The translations under genes were made by a program, and so were the position numbers. The notes below the pieces were generated by a model. That model was given only the letters and a program-made list of their open reading frames with translations, searched no databases and was not told the origin of the DNA. This document shows positions 1-9,787 of a stretch of DNA of 64,000 bases, in pieces. The stretch lies in contig OZ025798.1 in assembly GCA_964019425.1 (NCBI GenBank), positions 682,001 through 746,000 of the forward strand. The letters are read 5' to 3'. Origin of the DNA: Flectonema sp. DT1601 (lineage: Eukaryota). Each line of letters starts with the position of its first letter. Within the stretch, counting starts at the first letter, position 1.

Positions 1-17
1 GAGGATAGCAGGGAGAT

Positions 18-55
<38 letters not shown>

Positions 56-73
56 TTATTATTTAAAAAAAGG

Positions 74-308
74 AAACAATCAGTTTAGCGTCTCGATCAG
101 GACGGAAAATAGAAATTAATCGACATAGTCGATCGATAGAAAAAAAACAATGATAACATTGTTTATTCCTTTTTTTTTTTTTTTTTTTTATTCTTTTTAT
201 TTATTTTTAAAGAAAAAACAATCAGTTTAGCGTCCTGACCAGGACGGAAAATTGAAAGTGATCCACATAGTCGATCGATAGAAAAAAGACAATGATAACA
301 TTGTTTAT

Positions 309-341
<33 letters not shown>

Positions 342-733
342 CTTTTAATTATTTTAAAGAAAAAACAATCAGTTTAGCGTCTTGACCAGGACGGAAAATA
401 GAAAGTGATCGACATAGTCGATCGATAAAAAACAATGATAACATTGTTTATTCCTTTTTTTTTTCTTTTTTTTTTATTCTTTTTATTTATTTTTAAAGAA
501 AAAACAATCAGTTTAGCGTCCTGACCAGGACGGAAAATAGAAAGTAATCGACATAGTCGATCGATAAAAAAAAAACAATGATAACATTGTTTATTCCTTT
601 TTTTTTTCTTTTTTTTTATTCTTTTTATTTATTTTTAAAGAAAAAACAATCAGTTTAGCGTCCTGACCAGGACGGAAAATTGAAAGTGATCGACATAGTC
701 GATCGATAAAAAAACAATGATAACATTGTTTAT

Positions 734-764
<31 letters not shown>

Positions 765-1538
765 CCTTTTAATTATTTTTTAAAGAAAAAACAATCAGTT
801 TAGCGTCTTGACCAGGACGGAAAATAGAAAGTGATCGACATAGTCGATCGATAAAAAACAATGATAACATTGTTTATTCTTTTTTTTTTTTTTTTTTTTT
901 TTTAATCCTTTTTATTATTTTAAAGAAAAAACAATCAGTTTAGCGTCTTGACCAGGACGGAAAATAGAAAGTGATCGACATAGTCGATCGATAAAAAAAC
1001 AATGATAACATTGTTTATTCTTTTTTTTTTTTTTTTTTTTAAATTCTTTTTATTTATTTTTAAAGAAAAAAAACGGAAAATAAAAATTAGTCGACAAAGT
1101 CGAACGATAAAAAAAAACAATGATAACATTGTTTATTCTTTTTTTTTTTGTTTTTTTTTATATTCTTTTTTATTAATTTTGAAAAAAAAACAATCAGTTT
1201 AGCGTCTTGACCAGGACGGAAAATAGAAAGTAATCGACATAGTCGATCGATAAAAAAAACAATGATAACATTGTTTACTCTTTTTTTTTTTTTTTTTTAA
1301 ATTCTTTTTATTTTAAAAAGAAAAAAAACGGAAAATAGAAATTAGTCAACAAAGTCGAACGATAAAAAAAAAACAATGATAACATTGTTTATTCTTTTTT
1401 TTTTATTTTTTTTTTTATATTCTTTTTTATTAATTTTGAAAAAAAAAACAATCAGTTTAGCGTCTTGACCAGGACGGAAAATAGAAAGTGATCGACATAG
1501 TCGATCGATAAAAAAAAAACAATGATAACATTGTTTAT

Positions 1539-1575
<37 letters not shown>

Positions 1576-2620
1576 CTTTTTTTTTTTTTAAAGAAAAAAC
1601 AATCAGTTTAGCGTCTTGACCAGGACGGAAAATAGAAAGTAATCGACATAGTCGATCGATAAAAAAAACAATGATAACATTGTTTATTCTTTTTTTTTTT
1701 TTTTTTAAATCTTTTTATTTATTTTTTAAAAAGAAAAAAAAAAAACGGAAAATAGAAATTAGTCAACAACGTCGAACGATAAAAAAAAAAACAATGATAA
1801 CATTGTTTATTCTTTTTTTTTTTATTTTTTTTTGTATTCTTTTTTATTAATTTTGAAAAAAAAACAATCAGTTTTGCGTCTTGACCAGGACGGAAAATAG
1901 AAAGTGATCGACATAGTCGATCGATAAAAAAACAATGATAACATTGTTTATTCTTTTTTTTTTTTTTTTTTTTTTTAAATCCTTTTTATTATTTTTAAAG
2001 AAAAAACAATCAGTTTAGCGTCTTGACCAGGACGAAAAATAGAAAGTGATCGACATAGTCGATCGATAAAAAAACAATGATAACATTGTTTATTCTTTTT
2101 TTTTTTTTTCTTCTTTTTTTTAAATCCTTCTTTTTATTTTTTAAAGAAAAAACAATCAGTTTAGCGTCTTGACCAGGACGGAAAATAGAAAGTAATCGAC
2201 ATAGTCGATCGATAAAATAAAAACAATGATAACATTGTTTATTCCTTTTTTTTTTTTTTTTATTCTTTTTATTTATTTTTAAAGAAAAAAACGGAAAATA
2301 GAAAGTAATCGACATAGTCGATCGATAAAAAAACAATGATAACATTGTTTATTCTTTTTTTTTTTTTTTTTTTTTTAAATTCTTTTTATTTATTTTTTAA
2401 GAAAAAAACGGAGAATAGAAATTAGTCGACAAAGTCGAACGATAAAAAAACAATGATAACATTGTTTATTCTTTTTTTTATTTTTTTTTTTATATTCTTT
2501 TTTATTAATTTTGAAAAAAAAAAAAAAACAATCAGTTTAGCGTCTTGACCAGGACGGAAAATAGAAAGTAATCGACATAGTCGATCGATAAAAATACAAT
2601 GATAACATTGTTTAATCTTT
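74..2620 (+). repeat. Hairpin-rich satellite, ~19 monomers (type A ~143 bp, type B ~115 bp)
   Basis: Recurring CAATCAGTTTAGCGTCTTGACCAGGACGGAAAATAGAAAGTGATCGACATAGTCGATCGATA..AAACAATGATAACATTGTTT separated by poly-T/poly-A tracts. Confidence 0.97.
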
Positions 2621-2860
2621 TATAATTTTTTATTTTTTTTTTTGTTTTAAAAAAAAAAAAAAAAAACAAGCGGAATTGATCATAATGGGTGGTAGGGGTT
2701 GTTATAACTTCGTTTGAAAATTCTTCTTTTTTGATTTCTTTTTTTTTTTCTTTTTACAGGAGTTAAGATCACTTTCAGGAGACAACACATTAACAAGAGC
2801 AGCAAGCAGAGTTGACACTATCAATTCAAATTTGAAATACCGGGAATTAATTTACAAGGA

Positions 2861-2955
2861 GGTATCTCAAGTGACTTGGTATCTCTAGCGTGTCGGTATC
2901 TCTGGAGTGCTGGTATCTCGTATGTGCGTTGGTATCTCATGAGTGATGGTATCTC
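2861..2955 (+). repeat. Mini-array of 6 x GGTATCTC, ~17-bp period
   Basis: Copies start at 2861, 2878, 2895, 2912, 2931 and 2948, with 9-11 bp variable GTG-containing spacers. Also present near 16148, 17165(-), 23655(-) and 44180. Confidence 0.9.
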
Positions 2956-3285
2956 TTGTGCATTAGAGAAACGAAAAAGAATGTCATGACCATGACGGAA
3001 GAATTGAGGAATTGAGTTAACATGTTCAATTTAACTTATTTAAACTTTTTTTTTTTTTTTAACAGACCGTAACTATTTGAAAATAAAATGTAGATGGGAA
3101 ACAGTGAAAAGTAAAATGGATGATAAAATTAAATGAGAAATATGACATAACAGACCAGATAGAGAGTATTAAAAGGAAATTGAAAAGGAAAAGAGAAACT
3201 AGGTTAACACTTATTTAAAATTAAGACCGGTTAGTCAGTTTAAGGTCTTGACTAGGACCAACAAAAAAGAAAGAAAAAAAAATTT

Positions 3286-3940
3286 AACGATCAAGCTGAG
3301 CTGATCTTGTTTTTATTACAAATAGGGGAGCGGGAGGGATGGAAGGAATAGAGGAAAAAAAAAAGAAAAGGTTGATCAATTGGATCTGATCGTCGAGAAG
3401 AGGAAATTTTTTTAAAGGTTGATCGGTATAGCCGATCGTTGAGAAAAATAAACAGATATAAATACAATCAGTTTAAATTAAAAAAAGAAAAAAAGATTAA
3501 CGATCAAGCTGAGCTGATCTTGTTTTTATTACAAATAGGGGAGCGGGAGGGATGGAAGGAATAGAGGAAAAAAAAAGAAAAGGTTGATCAATTGGATCTG
3601 ATCGTCGAGAAGAAGAAATTATTTTAAAGGTTGATCGGTATAGCCGATCGTCGAGAAAAATAAACAGATATAAATACAATCAGTTTAAATTAAAAAAAGA
3701 AAAAAAGATTAACGATCAAGCTGAGCTGATCTTGTTTTTATTTAAAATTAGGGGAGCGGGAGGGATGGAAGGAATAAAGGAAAAAAAAAAAAAAAAAAGG
3801 TCGATCAATTGGATCTGATCGTCGAGAAGAAGAAAACAATTATTTATAAAAAAAAAATGGTCGGTATAGCCGATCGTTGAGAAAAGAACAGATATAAATA
3901 CAATCGGTTTTGGTGATCGACGAGTGGAGCGATCACTTGA
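3286..3940 (+). repeat. Three ~213-bp tandem repeats related to the satellite
   Basis: AACGATCAAGCTGAGCTGATC starts at 3286, 3499 and 3711. Shares ACAATCAGTTTA and the GATCG..ATAG..CGATC hairpin with the satellite. Confidence 0.93.
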
Positions 3941-4403
3941 CAAGAAGGAAAAAGAAAGGACCGATTAATTGGGGCTTTGATTGTATTCCCAAGGCATGTT
4001 TTTTTTTTTTTTTTTTTTATTATTCATTTACATTATTATTTTTTTTTTTTTTTTTAAATTAATAATCACATTTTGTTCAAAAATATTTCATATTAGAGTA
4101 AAAGAAAAAGAAAAAAAGAAATAAGAGAAAAAAAAAAAAAAAAAAAACCATTGCTGGCCCCCTCACCACTCATAGAGGATGAGGAGGCCAGTAAGGCGTC
4201 ACTCAAATCTATGCCAAGCCTTGGGAACTTGGATTGGGGTTTAGACCATTTATAATTAACAATTAACAATTAACCTGATTAACGTTATGATCTGACGGAC
4301 ATAAACATATCGATAAAATAATACAAACAAAAACGAACAATAAATAATAAATAAGCTAAAAAACTAACTAAACAAAGTGATGTGAAAGTAAGGAAAAAGA
4401 GAA

Positions 4404-7214
4404 TTACAAGGGGGTGGAGTCACCGTGAACGTCATCAGCAGAACATCTCCTTCGATTGTAACGATATCTTGATGGAGGGGTTCGTTTTTTCAGAGTTGAA
4501 CGCTCAGACTTTCTCGGCGGAGTTTCATTTTCCTCATGTTCTTCTGTGTCTGGCGGACTCAAACCTTCTGCCCATGAAGCTAATTGGAACTTCAGGGCCG
4601 CAATTTGAGACCGTGCCAAGGCGAGTTGAGCATTTAAATCGCTCGCCAGTCCCGTTAACATCATGGATTGCTCAAGCTGCTCTGCGTGAGTTGTACACCG
4701 TTGGTGATTCAGCTCCGAGAGGCGAAGTTGGGCATCCAGAAGTTGTTCTGAGAGCTCTGCCGCTTTCTCGTTTGTTTCGAGAGAGTCATCTACTGCTCGA
4801 CAGTAGTTCTCGAGTAAGTCAATCCTACCCTCGGACCATTGTCTCGCAATAGGTGTATTCTCTTTAACGGAGATAACGTGACTCTCTTGTCGTAAAATCT
4901 TGGTCGGCGTGCGGTCGAGAGCTTCACTCTGCGGCATTGTCGGAGGAATTGAGGCTAGAGGACAAAGAGGGGTGATATAATTAAGGGTAGGGATAAGGGG
5001 TTTAATAAGAGGAGTAAAAAGACTACTCGTAGTTGTAAAGAGCGAGAGGTAGTTCTTTGCTATCTTCATCATAGCAACAGATTCATACAGAACGGGGGTT
5101 CGGGGGGAAACTTGTTGACTAAAGTGGGTCATACGGGGACGCGCGGCACGCAAACTCTCGACCTCCTGTTGAGTATAGAAAAGTCTTATTTTACTTTCTC
5201 TTTCCTCATTACATTTGGTCTCCAATTCGTTCGACAGAAGAACAAACCTTTGATGGTAATTAAAGAGCGCCATTTCCGATAGGTCTGCTCTCTGAGTCAG
5301 ATTTGCGAGCTCACGTTTCCTGTAATCTTCCACTAAGTCATATTGTCGAACTAGTGCAGAAAGAGAAGTCTTCGATTCATCGCGTTCTGCTGTTAACCGT
5401 TGAATTACTCCTTCCAGAAGTTCATATTCTTTTCTATCTTTTTCAATAATTAAAACAGGGGGCGCAGGAGGAAGTGAGGATGGATCCTGGTTGGTAGCTT
5501 TGATCTCAACAGGTAATCCATTTAGTAACTGCTTGTCTTTCTCGAGGGAGGCTGACATCGCATTAAAGTAAAATAAAAATAGAACATAAAAAATTCGTTC
5601 TTTCATTTGCTCTAATTCGTTTTCTAAAATCTGGCATTTCAAGGAAAGTTTCAGCCTTAATTTTCCTTCTTTTTTTTTGTACAAGGGGGTTTGAGAACCC
5701 ATGTCAGATTGAGTTCTTATCACTATAGCGAAATCAGCAGGAAGTGTTTGCGATCCCGTTGACATGAGTTCAGGTGGGGGAGTCTGGAAAGAGATGGAAG
5801 AAATAGAAGAGAATGACAAGGAGAGTCCAGTGAGCTCATCCTCATCTAACAAAACAGAAGGGGCCGGGGAGGAAGAACCATTGGCAATAAGTAGAATAGA
5901 AAGAGCCGATGCGTAACAAGTTTGCCAGATAAAACATTTCTCAAGCCACGATCTTTCAATGGTGAGCTTTTCGATCGTTTTCAGTTTTGTTACTTTGTGG
6001 ATTTTGACTTCTTCCACAGGGAAGATTTCTTTACCATCTTTTATAAAACTTGCAGTGGCAGGTTCTTCTTTAATGCTGCGCATTAGTGGTCTTGAATGCC
6101 ACGTGGGGAGGTTCCTCGTCTGGAACAGAACATATGAGCACTGTCTGGCGATTCTGGTGCATTCACAAAATAAAGCTTTTGTTGGTGCTAAAGGTGAACC
6201 GATGTGACGTGTCCAGATGTTCAGCTGGTCCATGCAGATGTTTCCTCGTACGCCAACTTCAATAGTAAAAATGTTACAGTCGAAGCCATTAGCGATGATC
6301 GAGTCTCTTAGCTTTAGGTATTTCTTTTCCTTTAAGACATGAGAGGTTTCGAAACGATCTTCATTTGGACACGTCAGCTCCAGAATCAGTGCTCTTTTCG
6401 CAAAAAAAGAATAAATAAAAATGTCTGGTCTTAGAGAGGACGAGACATGGCACACTTCAAGAGGAACAATTAGGCGGTTATCACCGACATCGTCGAGGAT
6501 GACCCAATCATTCGCTAGTGAAAGTTCGCCTGTCTCTTTAGAAATTCTTTCTAGGGGTTTATTTTCCCCTGTTTTTAAAAAAGTTTGAGAGGGAGGCGGG
6601 AGGTTTTCTTTTCTTTTGTTGGCTTTTATTATCAACTCTTCCAAGAAGATAACAATGCGTTTTAGAACGCTGTCGTGACGCCACGTGAACCTCCCTTGTG
6701 TTAAAGAGACAGGACAGCCTGTTAAGACATGCCTGAGGGTAGGATTCACTTTGCCACACAAAACACAATTTTGGTCCACATTGGTGATGTTCCACCTCTT
6801 TAAATTATCTTGTGAGGGGAGGGTGTTTGTAACCGCTTTCAGTTGAAATGAGATATAGGCAGGATTTCCCTCCCTAAGTACCTTATTCCAGGTGAAATCG
6901 TTTATCATACATTTAGACCACTCCTTCCACTGACCTTGGACTTGTAATTTATTCAAAGAGTTCAGTAGTTCATCTGTGGCTTCCACTTCAAAACGCTTAA
7001 GGAGATCGGGGCGAGTAGTACGTAGATCGCGCAATCGGTGACCAAGACCAGCTGATTGCTTCGCAAGAGAACGGTAAGAAAAAAACTTAATAAGGCGCTC
7101 CCACTCAGCAGAAGCTGAAAACTTTTTCGACCAGTTGGACGATTTCTCCATAATAACATTGTAGACACCGTGCATGTCAGAGTCCTGTGAGGATCTGAGG
7201 ATGTCTAGTTTCAT
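4404..7214 (-). CDS. Retrotransposon ORF, C-terminal half: CCHC knuckle, restriction-like endonuclease, long coiled-coil extension
   Basis: CVLCGKVNPTLRHVLTGC, FTWRHDSVL, RPDI..ELTCP.E...KEKKY, IEVGVRG. Joins the RT half in frame (..AQSM|KLDI..) when 7215-7471 is removed. Confidence 0.93.
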   Translation of the reverse strand: MKLDILRSSQDSDMHGVYNVIMEKSSNWSKKFSASAEWERLIKFFSYRSLAKQSAGLGHRLRDLRTTRPDLLKRFEVEATDELLNSLNKLQVQGQWKEWSKCMINDFTWNKVLREGNPAYISFQLKAVTNTLPSQDNLKRWNITNVDQNCVLCGKVNPTLRHVLTGCPVSLTQGRFTWRHDSVLKRIVIFLEELIIKANKRKENLPPPSQTFLKTGENKPLERISKETGELSLANDWVILDDVGDNRLIVPLEVCHVSSSLRPDIFIYSFFAKRALILELTCPNEDRFETSHVLKEKKYLKLRDSIIANGFDCNIFTIEVGVRGNICMDQLNIWTRHIGSPLAPTKALFCECTRIARQCSYVLFQTRNLPTWHSRPLMRSIKEEPATASFIKDGKEIFPVEEVKIHKVTKLKTIEKLTIERSWLEKCFIWQTCYASALSILLIANGSSSPAPSVLLDEDELTGLSLSFSSISSISFQTPPPELMSTGSQTLPADFAIVIRTQSDMGSQTPLYKKKEGKLRLKLSLKCQILENELEQMKERIFYVLFLFYFNAMSASLEKDKQLLNGLPVEIKATNQDPSSLPPAPPVLIIEKDRKEYELLEGVIQRLTAERDESKTSLSALVRQYDLVEDYRKRELANLTQRADLSEMALFNYHQRFVLLSNELETKCNEERESKIRLFYTQQEVESLRAARPRMTHFSQQVSPRTPVLYESVAMMKIAKNYLSLFTTTSSLFTPLIKPLIPTLNYITPLCPLASIPPTMPQSEALDRTPTKILRQESHVISVKENTPIARQWSEGRIDLLENYCRAVDDSLETNEKAAELSEQLLDAQLRLSELNHQRCTTHAEQLEQSMMLTGLASDLNAQLALARSQIAALKFQLASWAEGLSPPDTEEHEENETPPRKSERSTLKKRTPPSRYRYNRRRCSADDVHGDSTPL

Positions 7215-7471
7215 GTTTGATTATTTCCTCTTCATATTTTTTTTCTATTCTTTCTTTTTTTTTTTTTTTTTTTTTTTCTCTACCTCTCTCTTAATTCTGT
7301 TCGTTTCTTTGAAACGAAAATTCATTTGAATATTATTCCTTGGTCAGCAACCATCATTGTCGCCCTTTGGGCCTGTTAAAAAAAAAAAAAAAATAAAAAG
7401 AAAGTTTACGTCGGGAATAGGGCAGGAGCCAAAAGCTCCCAGTCCGTTACTTCCCACTTATCGAAATTCAT
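7215..7471 (+). mobile_element. 257-bp insertion: 5'-truncated 3' end of the same element, antisense inside its own ORF
   Basis: Inverted copy of ~10228-10489, flanked by TTCAT at 7210-7214 and 7467-7471. Confidence 0.85.
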
Positions 7472-9787
7472 TGATTGCGCTTGTTTATATAGCGTCTCAA
7501 CTCTTTTGTGTCTGAGACCAACAGTGTTCTTTGAACCGGTAAAAAGGATGACTGTGTTCGCAGAGCGGACAAATCCCCACCATTTCTTCAAAAAAGGTTT
7601 AATAATTTTGTCCATTTTTTTGGCAAAAGGGAGAGATAAGTCATGGATCATTAAACTCCATGTTAACCTTGACAATAACAAGTGTTGGACAGACCAAGCC
7701 TTCTGAGACCCATATAGTGGCATGGCGTCGACTTTTTTTAAAAAATTCCTGGTAAAAGTGGTCAGGCGCTCTCGCAATTTCTGTTCTTTGGCGTTCGGCT
7801 CAAACCAACGCCCGAGGTATTTGAACTCTCCAGCTTCCTGGAGATTCGTAATCGGAACATTGTTAATCTTCAGGTCCGGGTTAGCTGGTTTCCCTTGTAC
7901 AAAGCTGTGGGCAATGCATTTCTGGGGTTTCGCTTTCATACCACGAGACCAGGAAAGAAACTGTTCGAGCGACTTGATTAGCAATTTTGCCCCCGCCTTT
8001 GATGACGTGGTAAGTTGTAAATCATCAGCAAAAGCTGCAACTAATAGTTGGAGGGATTTATTGTTAAACTCGTAGGCTTCCTGTTGATGAACTGCTAAGG
8101 AAAAGAGCAGTAGTTGGAATACCAAATTAAAAAGGGTTGGGGAGGAAACGCAGCCTTGAAAGACACCAACTTCAAAAGGGATAGTGGGCGTCAGGCCTTC
8201 TCCAACTCTGATTTGGACGCGCATGGAGGAATAATACCTTTTATAGAAACCGATTATTCTTTCGTGAATTCCGAAATATTTTAAAGCAAAGAAAATTAAT
8301 TGATGTTTGACTGAGCCGAAAGCATCTGCCAAATCCACCCAGACAATTGTTAGGTTTTTCCGGAGAGCTTTCACTTCTTTAAAAATCTCTGAGGTGATCG
8401 TGGCATGTTCGATACATCCAGAGACACCTTTCCTAAAGCCTTTTTGAAAATTAAATTTAGAAAGAGTGTGGTTTGCGACGGCTTCCTGAATAACCGTATT
8501 AAAAATTTTCCCGTCGCAGTTGCCCACAGCTATCGGTCTCGTTTTCGAGATGTCTTTCCCATCGGAGTTGGGCTTTGGGAGCATTGTTACAAATGCTAAG
8601 CCCCAACTATCCGGATAGGCCTTGAGTTCGAAAATTCTCTTTAATACCTTGTAAAGTGCTTCCATAAAAGTTGGGACCTTTTTCCATACAACATAAGGTA
8701 TGCAATTGGGACCAGGGGCACATTTGTTTTTTTTCTTTGATAAGAGAATACCAAACTGTTCGAAGCTCGGGAACTGGATATCATCCATTGTCTTGTAGTC
8801 AGACTTAGGTAAAAAAGAGGGATGGGTGAAATCAGTTTTTTTTTTTTCATTGTCACAATAGTTGTTTTTAAAATGTTCAATTATTTTTTCCTCTGGAATA
8901 TCAAGGGAGGGGGGTTGAGGATCTTCTTTTTGGAGTTCTTCTTTTATGGCAGTAAACGGATTTTGACGAAATTTATCTTGTAATTTTTTGAATAAATTTT
9001 TCTTTTCTAAATTCCGATACATTCGGAAAATCCTTTTCATTCTCGTTCTTGCCTCTTTCCATTTGACAGCGTTCTCTATAGAAGGCCCAGATTTGCGGAG
9101 CTCCTGTCTTAGCTGTTTCATTTCCAGACGACATTCAAGTTTTTCTTGGTCGAGGATGACCTCTTCCCTTGATTTCTGTTTGCGGGGTAAATTCCGCTTT
9201 GTTTCTTCAAAGAAACCGCTACATATTTGATAAACCGTTTTGAGTAGTTTATCAAGTTGGTCGGCAGGTTTTGAAGAATTTTCTGTTTCGACGGTGAAAG
9301 TTTGAAGTTTTTCTGCAGCAGAAACGTCGATGTCCTTCCATTCAGTTCCAAAAGATCGGAATTTGAGACGAGACGGGTGTAACGGGGTAAAAGTGGGTGT
9401 TGTAGAGTTATAAGGAACGAAAGCTGTTTGTGAAGTTTTAAAATCTACAGATTCTCCTACAAAGGGAGGTTCCAGGTCTGAATTATTCCCTGTGAGGGGA
9501 GACAGAGGTGTACCTTTACATGTACCGTTAACACAGTGTTTCGCTCTCGTAGCGATACTTTTGAAAAGCTTACCACATTCTGGACAAGGTAAGTGGTAAC
9601 AATCTTTAACTTGGGAGTGGGTAGATGGGGGAAAACGTGACTTATAGTCCTTAAATTCCTTACTAAACTTACAGTTACGTCTAAAATGCGCAACTGGACC
9701 TTTGAGGTATGTCTCAAAACATAAAGGACATTTGGCTACTAAAGTTTTATCCCCATCCAGAGCCGATCTCGAAATAGCCTCTTGCAA
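7406..9787 (-). CDS. Retrotransposon ORF, N-terminal half: two Zn-finger motifs plus reverse transcriptase (truncated by the 257-bp insertion)
   Basis: CPLC..H....C and CPEC..HC motifs. RT motifs APGPNCIPY, RPIAVGN, QKGF, VDLADAFGSV, GVFQGCVSSPTLF, FADD, FKYLG. The last ~20 aa come from the insertion. Confidence 0.95.
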   Translation of the reverse strand: MQEAISRSALDGDKTLVAKCPLCFETYLKGPVAHFRRNCKFSKEFKDYKSRFPPSTHSQVKDCYHLPCPECGKLFKSIATRAKHCVNGTCKGTPLSPLTGNNSDLEPPFVGESVDFKTSQTAFVPYNSTTPTFTPLHPSRLKFRSFGTEWKDIDVSAAEKLQTFTVETENSSKPADQLDKLLKTVYQICSGFFEETKRNLPRKQKSREEVILDQEKLECRLEMKQLRQELRKSGPSIENAVKWKEARTRMKRIFRMYRNLEKKNLFKKLQDKFRQNPFTAIKEELQKEDPQPPSLDIPEEKIIEHFKNNYCDNEKKKTDFTHPSFLPKSDYKTMDDIQFPSFEQFGILLSKKKNKCAPGPNCIPYVVWKKVPTFMEALYKVLKRIFELKAYPDSWGLAFVTMLPKPNSDGKDISKTRPIAVGNCDGKIFNTVIQEAVANHTLSKFNFQKGFRKGVSGCIEHATITSEIFKEVKALRKNLTIVWVDLADAFGSVKHQLIFFALKYFGIHERIIGFYKRYYSSMRVQIRVGEGLTPTIPFEVGVFQGCVSSPTLFNLVFQLLLFSLAVHQQEAYEFNNKSLQLLVAAFADDLQLTTSSKAGAKLLIKSLEQFLSWSRGMKAKPQKCIAHSFVQGKPANPDLKINNVPITNLQEAGEFKYLGRWFEPNAKEQKLRERLTTFTRNFLKKVDAMPLYGSQKAWSVQHLLLSRLTWSLMIHDLSLPFAKKMDKIIKPFLKKWWGFVRSANTVILFTGSKNTVGLRHKRVETLYKQAQSMNFDKWEVTDWELLAPALFPT

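Noticed and set aside
380..400. Hammerhead ribozyme in the satellite (stem followed by GAAA)
   Set aside because: The upstream core reads CAGTTTAG rather than CUGANGA, and stems I/III were not found.
935..2345. Short K/F-rich ORFs in the satellite (and equivalents in other arrays)
   Set aside because: Translation artefacts of poly-A and poly-T tracts.
74..2620. CRISPR array
   Set aside because: The spacers are homopolymer-length variants of one sequence, there are no cas genes, and the context is eukaryotic.
4230..4285. AATTAAC x3 as the element's 3' tail
   Set aside because: Possible, but the TSD-flanked copy at 21632-26992 continues ~4.6 kb beyond it.
4382..4852. 156-aa antisense ORF (three copies)
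   Set aside because: GTG start, shadow of the main ORF, no recognisable motif. Identity among copies reflects recent duplication.
7215..7471. Spliceosomal intron in the RT gene
   Set aside because: There are no GT-AG ends at the frame-restoring positions. It has a TSD and matches the element's own end.
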